From the NCBI GenBank assembly GCA_964035575.1, contig OZ037833.1:2046001-2110000 (forward strand): a DNA stretch of 64,000 bases. The letters run 5' to 3'. Numbering within the stretch: the first letter of the stretch is position 1; every line of letters begins with the position of its first letter. This DNA comes from Rhynchopus sp. YZ270_cl-10 (lineage: Eukaryota). Made by a program: the position numbers and the translations under genes. The notes beneath the pieces are model-generated. The model was not told the DNA's origin and searched no databases. It saw only the letters and a program-made list of their open reading frames with translations. Below are positions 1 through 10,095 of the stretch, piece after piece.

Positions 1-1185
1 TGTGCTGTTTGCAATGCTAATGTTGGTTGCAGACGGAACCGTACCGCCCAGCGTGCATTCTGTCGCGGGCCCTGCGTCTGTGAGTGCGGTCATCCCGTGG
101 CTCTCTTCAACAGTTCCAGTCACACGGACGAGAGTGTTGATCGGGACATTTGGTGCTGTGCCCTTCACGTAGAGACCCTCTGATGTGGCATCGTCGCCGT
201 CGTAGTCCTCAAGCTCCTCCTGCAGGAAGTAGCCGCCACCGTTGCTGCCGATGTAGAGAGCCTCCACCACGACCGCTTGCCCCACGAGGGGGGACTCATC
301 CGAGGCGCCTTGCACTTCACTGATCTTGACTGCTGTGAGCCCACACTGCTCGACTGGGATGATTACGGGTGCATCCGTCTCAGCAATGCTCCCAGCACAG
401 GCAGCAAGCCCCACACAACCAAACCCATTTGTCGCCCCTGCGACGACAGCCGTGAACACCGACCCCACCAGAGACGCAAACCCCTCTGGGTTAGCGACGT
501 TCTCGCCTCCTCTTCTGATGGTCAGACCCTTCAGCCATGATGTCTCCATGGGGACCACCCCTACCAGGTCGATCAGCACTCCCCCGAACACCAGCCCTAC
601 TGCACCTCCATTGGGCGCAAACACACGCTTCTCCACCACCGCTGCACTCAAGGTTGGCTGCAGGAACAACACCTCAGCCGCACTGTGCGCGAGAACCAAC
701 ACACCCCCTGGGGGAAGCACGCCGGTGGACACCACGATATTCTGCGTCGCATCGGCAGAACCGACGCTGTAGATTGCGAATGTGAGTGGCGTTGCGGCGA
801 AGGTGATGTAGCTGTCTCCGATGTTGGTCACTTCCGCAGCGGTATTGTTCCCATTCTCCATGTACTCCGTGATGAGGAGGGGTGCAGACGGGACGAGGGG
901 TGTCGGGGGGACACTGGTTGGGGGGGCACCGGTTGGGACGGCCGTAGTGACCACCTCCTTCAAAGGCGTCTCGGTCACAGGAACCTCTGTAGGAGGCGAC
1001 TGGGTGGTTTTCGGCGACGACCCTGTGTCGTACCGCTCCTTCCCAATCCCGAACCCTACTCCGATCCCCACACCAAGACCGCACACCATCACCACAGCAA
1101 CAGCAAAAATCTTCATCGGCAGCGAAATCCCTGACCCCTTCGCAGGCACACATCCACTCTCCGAGTCGGGTGCTCTTTTTCCCAT
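1..1185 (-). CDS. ExeM/NucH-like extracellular nuclease, 5' part (runs off the window start); membrane anchor, Pro/Thr stalk, lamin-tail-like domain, YhcR-type OB fold
   Basis: Not in the ORF track (no stop in window). Manual translation from ATG 1185 stays open: TM segment IFAVAVVMVCGLGVGIGVGFGIG, LLITEYMENGNNTAAEVTNIG, and ISEVQGASDESPLVGQAVVVEA...GYFLQEE...DGDDATSEGLYV...VRVTGTVEE, which matches the YhcR/ExeM OB-fold pattern. Confidence 0.75.
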   Translation of the reverse strand, partial: MGKRAPDSESGCVPAKGSGISLPMKIFAVAVVMVCGLGVGIGVGFGIGKERYDTGSSPKTTQSPPTEVPVTETPLKEVVTTAVPTGAPPTSVPPTPLVPSAPLLITEYMENGNNTAAEVTNIGDSYITFAATPLTFAIYSVGSADATQNIVVSTGVLPPGGVLVLAHSAAEVLFLQPTLSAAVVEKRVFAPNGGAVGLVFGGVLIDLVGVVPMETSWLKGLTIRRGGENVANPEGFASLVGSVFTAVVAGATNGFGCVGLAACAGSIAETDAPVIIPVEQCGLTAVKISEVQGASDESPLVGQAVVVEALYIGSNGGGYFLQEELEDYDGDDATSEGLYVKGTAPNVPINTLVRVTGTVEESHGMTALTDAGPATECTLGGTVPSATNISIANST

Positions 1186-2379
1186 TTTTCCTTTTCTCTA
1201 TCAAATTTATCTGTTTGTTTAGGATGGAGGGAAGGGGGAGGAAGTATGGTTTGTTAAGGTGGGATGGTTGCAAAATAATGGGGGAGTAGGGGGGAAGGTT
1301 CGTTGGTCAATCTTGGTACTGTCAACTCTCTCGGTTGGAGCCCTTCGAGTGGCTCCGATATTTTAAACAAAGCGGGGGAAAAGGTGCTGTAAAAGAGAAA
1401 AAAAAACGAAGGGAAAACTAAACATAACATTATACCAACTGATCTGTCTTTACTACTCTACTACTATGTCTTTTTTCGTTGACCGCAGCCATTTAGGCTC
1501 TTTGCCTATGACGCACATGATAATGGATGAGGGGGAGGATTCAAAAGGAAAAAGCGTAAAGACAGATCTATCGTTGGTTTTAAATATGTTTAGTTTCCAA
1601 TCACACTTCGTGTGTGCAAAAACTAAACATAACATTATACCAACTGATCTGTCTTTACTACTCTACTACTATGTCTTTTTTCGTTGACCGCAGCATGACC
1701 CAAAGGGACCGCGCAGCGGAATAGTAGCATAGTACGGAGTTAAACGGGGAAGAAAAAAGGGGGGAAACGGTAGGAAAAGAAAGAAAAACGGTAAACACAG
1801 CACCGAGCAAGCCAGCACTCACAGAAAGAAATCGTGTTGATATCCATTCGCCGTCTCGAAGACAGTGGATAAGGGGGGGGCCGTAAGCGCAAGGAGTGCC
1901 AAGCATAGTCAGCACACCCCATACAGGGGAACACATTTCATACAAAAATAAAAGCGCATGGTGCACGAAGCAGAGTCAGTACCATCAAACGGGAGAGCAA
2001 AAAATAGGAAAACGGTGTCAGTGATAAGCAGGGACTACAAAAACCAGCACGGGCGGACCCACCACCGAAACGACAATCTTCCGCGAGAGTCGCCTCTCCA
2101 AACTACCGGGCAGCGGACGTTCGTGAAGCAGGGAGGCGTGGTACTAAAACGTGTCCTCAACCGCGTATAGCGGGGCTCGTGGCCATCAGAACAACCCGCC
2201 CTTGGCAGGAAAATACCACGTACACAACGCAAGAAAACAGAACGCGCACGCACAATACGAGGACAAGCTCCTCAAAGAAAAACCAGTCGTCCCGCGACAG
2301 GCCCACACAGACCACCATTGAACCCTAGGTGATGAAAAATAAAACAAACACTAAACACTCCTACGACGCACTGTGAGCG

Positions 2380-3200
2380 GGAAGGCAAACAATAAAATGC
2401 ATGGGGCACTAAGCATAGTCAGCACGCACCAGCGATGAAATGTTGATGAACAAGAAACACCCCTTCGTCGCTCCTCGAGCAGGAAGGTAAAATAAAATGC
2501 ATGGGGCACCAAGCAGAGTCAGCACGCACCAGCGATAAAGTGTTGATGAACATTGACACCCCTTCAGGGGAAAAAGTAAAAAGCACAAGGGGCACCAAGC
2601 AGAGTCAGCACGCTCCAAGCGAGAAAATGATAACAATAACAAAACCCTTCGTCGCTCCGTGAGCGGGAAGGTAAAATAAAATGCATGGGGCACCAAGCAG
2701 AGTCAGCACGCACCAGCGATAAAGTGTTGATGAACAATAAATACCCCTTCAGGGGAAAAGGTAAAAAGTACATGGGGCACTAAGCAGAGTCAGTACGCAC
2801 CAGCGATAAAAGGTTGATGAACAAGGAACACCCCCTCGTCGCTCCACGAGCAGGAAGGTAAAATAAAATGCATGGGGCACCAAGCAGAGTCAGCACGCAC
2901 CAGCGATAAAGTGTTGATGAACATTGACACCCCTTCAGGGGAAAAAGTAAAAAGCACAAGGGGCACCAAGCAGAGTCAGCACGCTCCAAGCGAGAAAATG
3001 ATAACAATAACAAAACCCTTCGTCGTTCCGTGAGCGGGAAGGTAAAATAAAATGCATGGGGCACCAAGCAGAGTCAGCACGCACCAGCGATAAAATGTTG
3101 ATGAACAATAAACATCCCTTCGTCGCCCCGTGGGCAGGGGAAAAATATAAAAACTCATGGGGCACTGAGCAAAGCCAGCACGCGCCATAACAAACAAAAC
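2380..3200. repeat. Tandem array of 86-101 bp units with a 371-bp higher-order period inside the retroelement
   Basis: Core ggggcacyaagcagagtcagcacgc at 2403, 2503, 2589, 2687, 2774, 2874, 2960, 3058, 3159; diverged copies near 1800, 1894, 1961. Confidence 0.9.
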
Positions 3201-3202
3201 AA

Positions 3203-5107
3203 TTATTGACAAAACATTGCCTCCACACTCTCGTATTCTTTGAGCACAGGGGGGAGTGACACCATCGTGGGGGCCACCGTCCCGCGAGTGAACTCGTCAG
3301 CACGTTGACTTAAAGTGTCCACCCACGTGGCGGATACACACATGTTTGCTGTCTTTGCAGTGTCAAAAATCGCACACAGCAGCTCGTTAGCTAGATAATT
3401 CTTGCTGTGACCTTTGTTTATAGCTGCCACTGCAGCGGCGTTGTCGACCTGAAGAGACACTTCATGATTAGGGTGGTTTGCGGCCGCTAACCGAACGGCT
3501 AGCCAAGCAGCGTATAGCTCTTTCAGGTATATGTGATGTTTCTCAGGATCTGGAAACACACCCTGAACAACAGGTTCGAAAAACTCAGATTCTATTAAAG
3601 CAGCCCACTCGCGGTCCGAGGCATCTGACCAAGTCACCACGGTGGGTCTCTCTGGTTGGTCTACAATCCAGTCATTACAACGCATCACAGACACTATGCC
3701 TGTGAATTCTGAGATAACAGATGGGGGGATAAAAAGTTGAACATCCCACTTTTGTGGGTCAATAGCAAGTAAAGACGCGGTACGCCGCAGAAAAGAAAGA
3801 GAATCACGGTAATAACACAAATTCCGTTTGGTACAATACAAAAACCACACGAAACCTCCCAATACTTTGTAGAAATCCCGGGCAGTGCAGTCGTCTTTCA
3901 ACACCGCACTGAGAACGGGGGATTCCACACACTTCCCAATCCAGTCAGGGGCAGCACGGTACCGTCTTGGGGAACTCGCCAAGTCAAACTCCAGGCCCAA
4001 AGCGCAAAAGTTCGTCCTAGGCACTCCCTCTCCCTCGTCGTCATTCAGCTCGGCACCGACACGTTCAGCGCGTCGGAGGAACGAAGAGTAGCGCCTCTCT
4101 GCCTCCTGCAAGGTATTGCCCACGACAAAGAAGTTGTCCACCCAAGGTATCCCTTCATCCTCTGGCAGCAACACCATAGCCGAGCGGTGCGCGATGCACG
4201 GCGCCCAACTCCACCCCATGCACAGCACGTTGAGCTTTGCCCTCACAAAGGGTCCGCGTGCACCTGCCAGGTTCACTCCAAAGAAATCGTCCACACCATC
4301 TGCCAGCGGAAACTGGTAAAACCAGCTCCGCCCATCAGCTTGCACCACGTACGCACTGTCCAGAAACCTCTTCACTACCTTATGTATGGAAGGTAGATAC
4401 ATGGGAGGGGGGTCACGCATCAGGCGGTTCAGCTTCCGACCGTCGCAGACCAGCCTCAGTCCCCGCACCTTCTTCGGCACGGTGAAGGCGGGAAGTATCA
4501 CCTTCTGCTCGCCAGACCGAGACATCACACCCCACTTCTGCAGCTTCCCCCAGTGGCGCAGCATATGCCTGGAAGTCCCTCTCTTTACCGGGACTGACGA
4601 CTCCAGGACTTTTCGGCCCTCCTCGGTGAGGGCTGCCGTGAAGGCTTCGGGGGACCGGATCACGTCGAGGACTCCTGTCAGAAGACCTTGAGAGTCCATC
4701 GCCGTTAGGGCATCCAGGTCCAACCTAGCACGGGAGATCTCCGCCAGCTCCCCCTCAGCGCGTTCGGCGGGAGCAGACACAAAGCGGCGATCCAAAACAA
4801 TCGTTGCCTCCCCGTACAGGAGCACAACATCAGGCCCATCGTCCTCCTCCGTCCTCCTCGGGAGCGCGGGCGGTGGTGGAGGCGCGTACATCTTCGGCGG
4901 CGCTCCGAATGTCGGGAAAGCAGGACGCAATGGTGGTGCACGCGCTCTTCTCCAGCGTCGTACCCACACACAGGGCCTCAAGCCACACTGCAGCGGAGGG
5001 TGCGTCAGCGAGGGCCCAACTGCTCCTGCGACGCACTGCACGACGGCAACCCGTGCTCCTCCTCGTCCCCTGCCACCCCGCGCACGAGTCCTACTCCTCC
5101 GTGCCAT
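3203..5107 (-). CDS. Reverse transcriptase + DIRS1-type RNase H
   Basis: RT motifs LRLVCDGRKLN, ADGRSWFYQF, LCMGWSWAP, WVDNF, ALGLEF; RNase H motifs WSDAS, HIYLKELYA, VDNAAAV, QRADEFTRG. Confidence 0.92.
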   Translation of the reverse strand: MARRSRTRARGGRGRGGARVAVVQCVAGAVGPSLTHPPLQCGLRPCVWVRRWRRARAPPLRPAFPTFGAPPKMYAPPPPPALPRRTEEDDGPDVVLLYGEATIVLDRRFVSAPAERAEGELAEISRARLDLDALTAMDSQGLLTGVLDVIRSPEAFTAALTEEGRKVLESSVPVKRGTSRHMLRHWGKLQKWGVMSRSGEQKVILPAFTVPKKVRGLRLVCDGRKLNRLMRDPPPMYLPSIHKVVKRFLDSAYVVQADGRSWFYQFPLADGVDDFFGVNLAGARGPFVRAKLNVLCMGWSWAPCIAHRSAMVLLPEDEGIPWVDNFFVVGNTLQEAERRYSSFLRRAERVGAELNDDEGEGVPRTNFCALGLEFDLASSPRRYRAAPDWIGKCVESPVLSAVLKDDCTARDFYKVLGGFVWFLYCTKRNLCYYRDSLSFLRRTASLLAIDPQKWDVQLFIPPSVISEFTGIVSVMRCNDWIVDQPERPTVVTWSDASDREWAALIESEFFEPVVQGVFPDPEKHHIYLKELYAAWLAVRLAAANHPNHEVSLQVDNAAAVAAINKGHSKNYLANELLCAIFDTAKTANMCVSATWVDTLSQRADEFTRGTVAPTMVSLPPVLKEYESVEAMFCQ

Positions 5108-5640
5108 ATTTATTCGGTAACGAAGTTAAAAAATTTTTCGTTGACCGCAGCCATTTAGGCTCTTTGCCTATGACGCACATGATAATGGATGAGGGGGAGG
5201 ATTCAAAAGGAAAAAGCGTAAAGACAGATCTATCGTTGGTTTTAAATATGTTTAGTTTCCAATCACACTTCGTGTGTGCAAAAAAAAAAAGAAAAAAAAT
5301 AGAAGCTGTGGTTGCACATATATTTATTGAGACTGAAGAATGAAAAAAACGTACCACAAATCTCTATACGAAAAACAACCTGAGATGCTTCTTATTTTTT
5401 TTGTTGTGTTGCTCGCAAACAAAAAAAAACGAAAAGAAAAAGAAAAAGTTAGTAAGATGGACTCTCTGTGTGTAGCCACCATATTTTAAAAAGAAATATA
5501 ATTTGAAAGAAGTGCCTCTCGTGCACACAAAAAAAGAGGCAACAAAACTGTCCATACAAAAAGAAGATGACCTTAAAAATTGAGAAGAAGAAGAAATGAG
5601 GGGGGATTTTTGTTTTTTGGAGACTTCCCCCCCACGTTCA

Positions 5641-6642
5641 TCACAGTTCCTCGAGGTAGTTCGGGATGTTGAAACCGTTGTATTTTCTGTCGAGGTACTG
5701 CTTGACTTTGCCGGCTTCGCGGCGATCTTGGGGGTTGACTTGGAGACAGCCGTGGATGACTGAGAGTAAACAGAGCCAGTCGTGTTCGAGACTGGTGAGA
5801 GCGACGTCTGCATCGCGGCGTGCAAGGACGCCCTCTAGCGCGGCAGAAATCTCGAACTCACCCTCAACAATCTTTTCCTGAAGCAGGACGACGTTGTCAC
5901 CATCGAAGGGATACTTCAGGAAGGCCAACTCATAGGCCACAACCCCTGCAGACCACACATCGCACTTCGAAGTGTACGACCTCCCCTGCACTATCTCCGG
6001 TGCCTGGTAGTACGGCGTCCCCACCGTCGACGTCGCCAAGGTGCTGCACTCCGACTGAAACGAAAACCCAAAATCGCAGAGCTTCAGGAAACAGCTCGAC
6101 ATCATGAGGATGTTTTCAGGTTTGACGTCTCTGTGCATGATCCCGCGGGTGTGGAGGTAGTCCAGCGCATCGCTTATTTGACGGACCAGACCTAATACCT
6201 GGATTGGAAGCAGCGTTTTGGTCATCAGCTGGTAGTACGATACGAAGTGTCGGAGGTCGCGGAACTGTGCGTATTCCATGACAATGTAGACAGCGCGGGA
6301 GGTCTGCCAGTAGTCGAGGAGGGACATGATGTGGGGGTGGTTGACGGTGCGCATCACTTCGATCTCGCGTTTGACGCGCCGTAGGTTTGTCGCGGATTGC
6401 ATCGGAATGCGTTTCGCCACCAACGGTGTCGAGCTCGGATGCCCCTTCATCCTGATCAGCATCGCATTGCCGTATGCCCCGCTCCCAACGTGCCCTACCA
6501 CCTCATACTTCGAGCAGGAGTCGTCCGGTGTGTCTGTGTCCTTCGCAATGCACAACGTCTCCTCGCAGACCCTTACGTCATGCAATGCATGGTTCACCCT
6601 TGAACCCGTTGAGATTTGTCCACCATGCTGTGCACGTGGCAT
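5641..6642 (-). CDS. NEK (NIMA-related) Ser/Thr protein kinase
   Basis: GSGAYG, VAKRI, HRDVKPENI, DFG, TVGTPYYQAPE, YTSKCDVWS; probable start MPRAQ after a pyrimidine tract. Confidence 0.88.
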   Translation of the reverse strand: MPRAQHGGQISTGSRVNHALHDVRVCEETLCIAKDTDTPDDSCSKYEVVGHVGSGAYGNAMLIRMKGHPSSTPLVAKRIPMQSATNLRRVKREIEVMRTVNHPHIMSLLDYWQTSRAVYIVMEYAQFRDLRHFVSYYQLMTKTLLPIQVLGLVRQISDALDYLHTRGIMHRDVKPENILMMSSCFLKLCDFGFSFQSECSTLATSTVGTPYYQAPEIVQGRSYTSKCDVWSAGVVAYELAFLKYPFDGDNVVLLQEKIVEGEFEISAALEGVLARRDADVALTSLEHDWLCLLSVIHGCLQVNPQDRREAGKVKQYLDRKYNGFNIPNYLEEL

Positions 6643-6905
6643 TTTTTTTTGTGTAAATCTGTAAAAGTGGTGGAAGAGGGGGAGAGAGGAGAGAAATATG
6701 TATAAAAAAAAAGTTGGCTTGTAATACAGCCTGCTCATGACAATGTACCTTGGTAGATTTAAAGACCTCAAGAAAGACATAGGGGGGAAGGGGGTGGTTC
6801 ACTTTTTTTTGAAGCGTACAGAGGGGAGGGAATGGGGAGTTTGTTAATTATGTTTTTTTTTTTGCAGAATATTGCAAAATGGAAGTTTATTTGGTGCACC
6901 AAATA

Positions 6906-6950
6906 CCCTCCAACTGACCATACAATGCCAGCCATCCGGATGAAAAGCAC
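6906..6950 (-). other. Dispersed hairpin family A, diverged copy
   Basis: Shares atgccagccatccggatgaaa(a)gcac with four other copies. Confidence 0.7.
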
Positions 6951-6995
6951 AAAAAAATAACAATTTTTTTATGCATCATTTTTTAAAAAGGGGTT

Positions 6996-8750
6996 TCATC
7001 GCCGACCCCGCTTGTTATTATCATGCCTGCTTCTGAAGTAAGAGAGCACCAGAATGCATAGTATGCCAAAGATGAGGAGTTGAAACATGACTGTTTCATC
7101 TGGGATCTGAAGGCTTGAGGTACCGGTTATTGAGACCGGAGTATTGCGTGATGCGGTGGTTGTGTCTGATGTGGGCACCTTTTCGACAAATTTGAAGGAC
7201 CGGTTCTGCATCGCCTCTGCCAGAACCCTTTCTATATCGCTGCCCTCTACACCACACCCTACCAGCCCTTTCATCCCAAACACCGTACCGGACTCTTTCT
7301 TCGCTTCATCCTTTATCCTCAACAACTGCCTCAAAAACATCCCAAACACATCCACCGAACTTGAGTCAAAATCGTACACCAATTTTGTTCTGTGCAAAAG
7401 CAGGCTTCGTACCCTTCGTTGATATTCCTCTTCGGTTATCGCTGTTAGAGTCGGCATGATGCCTTCGGTATCAAACGTTTCATAGGGGATTTCTACGACA
7501 AAGTCTTTGTAAGGTATTTCATCTGCAAAGGGATAGGCATCGTTGATGGTTCCAGGCATGTTTTTGTCGGTATATTCAAAATCTGACCCAGCAGAGATGT
7601 TTAAAGGGTCGCGCCACCAGCTTTCATTGAGGGTTCCTTTCGCATAGAGGATTACTACAGGGAGACAGCCATGGTGGATTGCTTCAAAGAAGCGGGTTTG
7701 GTGCGGGATATCCCCGGAGAGTACGGGGCAATATTTTGAGTTGTTGAAATGCCGGCGCACCTCATTTGGCTTGAGATGTTTCTTTTTGTACTGCAAGGCA
7801 AGATGTCGGGTAAGAGGTTTGCCTCGTTTAGTCACTTTGTTAATCCGGTGAATGCTTATGTTATACCGCCGTCTATCCGAATCGGTGACGTTCTGTGCAA
7901 TGAGCTCTTCCTTCGAAAGAATTTTATACTGCAAAACCTCATCAATCATCCGTTTCCTTACAGGGATATGCTGCAATTCCGCTCCAAAATAGAAAATAAA
8001 ATTCTCCCGGTTTTCATTAAAAACATACTCCCTCGGCTGGGTAAACGGTGTAATCTGCGGATCAGGTATCACTATATGCCAAGGTCTACCCGGAAAACAT
8101 TCTACATCCGGTTTTCCATACGGCCTAAATGGTGTGGATATACGAGGTCCCATATGAACAACCAACGGCTGTACTTTGATAACTGGATGTGTTGAAGGTT
8201 CGTCTCCAGTAATAAAAATGTGTTTATGCGCGGTTTCGGGGGAATAATGGTGTAGATAGTCGAAGAGGCGAAGCTGTTTTGTGACGTTCACTCCAATAAG
8301 CCAGGACCAACCAGCATTGTATATCATATGGTTAAGAGCGGGGACCACAAAATAGTCAGCTTCTTCTGGTGTTGTTGCAACAGGGAAGAGAGACAGCTTT
8401 GCGAGAAGGTTGATGCCTCCTCCGTTTTGTCTGATAACAATGTCTGCCCCTCGGCTGCCCCAACCCCCGTCGTCGCATATTTTGCACCCAGGGTCGCAGT
8501 AGTAGCGGTGGTTTCTGCTTTTCAGATTCCAATAGTAAAGCAGCTCCTTATGGTACTCTGGTGGCAAGTCATACCAATAAAACTTCAAGGACGTCGGTCC
8601 ATCCCCAACCCCAGCGCCCACCCTCCTAAAATACTCCTCCCCCCCATCCAGCTGTTCCGTACAATATTCCTCAAATATTTCTTGAAATTTGTTCGACACA
8701 CCGACCTCAATACAGCAAAGCACTGCTAAGGTATGTAGCCAAAACCTCAT
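6996..8750 (-). CDS. Exostosin-family (GT47) glycosyltransferase-like protein with signal peptide and C-terminal TM
   Basis: KFYWYDLP, TPEEADYFVVP, NSKYCPVLSGD..TRFFEAIHHGCLPVVI, YPFADEIPY. Confidence 0.8.
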   Translation of the reverse strand: MRFWLHTLAVLCCIEVGVSNKFQEIFEEYCTEQLDGGEEYFRRVGAGVGDGPTSLKFYWYDLPPEYHKELLYYWNLKSRNHRYYCDPGCKICDDGGWGSRGADIVIRQNGGGINLLAKLSLFPVATTPEEADYFVVPALNHMIYNAGWSWLIGVNVTKQLRLFDYLHHYSPETAHKHIFITGDEPSTHPVIKVQPLVVHMGPRISTPFRPYGKPDVECFPGRPWHIVIPDPQITPFTQPREYVFNENRENFIFYFGAELQHIPVRKRMIDEVLQYKILSKEELIAQNVTDSDRRRYNISIHRINKVTKRGKPLTRHLALQYKKKHLKPNEVRRHFNNSKYCPVLSGDIPHQTRFFEAIHHGCLPVVILYAKGTLNESWWRDPLNISAGSDFEYTDKNMPGTINDAYPFADEIPYKDFVVEIPYETFDTEGIMPTLTAITEEEYQRRVRSLLLHRTKLVYDFDSSSVDVFGMFLRQLLRIKDEAKKESGTVFGMKGLVGCGVEGSDIERVLAEAMQNRSFKFVEKVPTSDTTTASRNTPVSITGTSSLQIPDETVMFQLLIFGILCILVLSYFRSRHDNNKRGRR

Positions 8751-10095
8751 TTTAAAATGGAAAGAACTGCGTTTTTTTTTTGGGGGCGATTTGCCAAAAA
8801 AGCGAGAGAAAAAAATGCGGTGTGTAATGTCAGACCATTTTTTTTTAAAGGGGTTGCGAAGGAGGGGTTCGGTCTGTATGAAGGGTGTTTGAACGAATGT
8901 ATTCAGTTTTTGATTTTTTTTTTTTTAAATCTGATTACGGTCAGCCATCAACGCAAGCGGGTTTGCATACTGTCACCATTTTTTGTATGGACAAATCCCC
9001 ACGGAGGGTTCTGAAACGGTCCTCAAAATGTCACCCGAAGAGGGGGGTGTTAACCGAATTGTTCTGCTCACATAGACCGTTGGGAGATGTTAAAAAATAG
9101 GGAGGAAATGGGGTTCTTTTTGAAAACTTGGTTGCATTAGTGTAGATATAAAGATGGAAACAATTAGGAAAAAAAATTTCTTTCGTTCTTTTTAGCCTGG
9201 TGCGGGTCGTGGCGACTATCGGATAGTTTTCTTGTTCCTTTAAGGAAGTGAGGAATACGGAAAAGGGATGGCCAATGCCAGGATATTTTACGGTCTCCAG
9301 TGCTGAACAAAGAGTAGCTGAAACGTGCATAAACGCACCTCGGTGCGTTGTGGGAGAAATATTTTTTTTTAAAAAAATGGTGAAGTGATGCAAAATTCCA
9401 CAAAAAACACCGTCGTGATGGTGACGGTGGTTGCAAAAAACTGAACTATCTCCACCAACTGATTGATGATAACTTGATAACACCTGTCTTTGAGCGCACA
9501 AACAAAGACCCTTTTCTTAAAACGCTAAAAAGTTTCGTTGAAACGCAACTCTACTGCTTGTCAAGGATCTGTGTGGCGCAATGTGATGATAAAATCAAAA
9601 TAACTGTGTCATCAAATCATCTGAACGCTGACTTTCTTATTATCTGCTTCTAATCAAACTATCGTGTAAGAGGGGAAAATAAAGAAGTGGCATTGCTGTA
9701 AGAAGTCACCCTGTAAAGGATGAACATAAGCATACTGGGAGGGGGAAAGGGGACAAGATCCTTGAGTTTTTGCTTTGCTTCTTTCTTTTTTGAAAATTTG
9801 GTTGTATTAGTGTAGCCACCCTAGAGTATGCCCCACTATACTTTTTTGTTGTTGCTTTGCGTTTTATGCTGGAATCGTGGGGGCTTTCTTGGGAGGGATT
9901 CGAACATCCCAATTTTTCGACACTTTTTTAATTAATTATGACCATTTACAGGGCATTAGTTAGGTTTTTCCCCCCAAAAACCGGTTTTCTGGTTATTCCC
10001 CCCCATGATGATTTTTCATTGATTCTCGCACTGTACCCACTTCAGAAAAATGTCCACCCTTTGAAAAACCAGATTCCGCGAAAAACCGATTTAAA

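Larger units (their letters stand above)
1414..5284 (-). mobile_element. DIRS-order (Ngaro/VIPER/TATE-like) retroelement with split direct repeats A1-ORF-B1-A2-B2
   Basis: A = 5134-5284 identical to 1472-1622 (151 bp); B = 1619-1694 identical to 1414-1489 (76 bp); encloses an RT-RNase H ORF; both ends abut T-runs on the sense strand. Confidence 0.85.

Noticed and set aside
674..1273. 199-aa minus-strand ORF in the track
   Set aside because: Wrong frame; the alternative frame gives the nuclease motifs
2403..3185. CRISPR-like appearance of regularly spaced 25-nt repeats
   Set aside because: Spacers are homologous to each other with a 371-bp period, no cas genes, eukaryotic context
9880..9912. 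tRNA T-loop-like GTTCGAATCC on the minus strand
   Set aside because: No T-stem or cloverleaf pairing; likewise near 24555 and 47665
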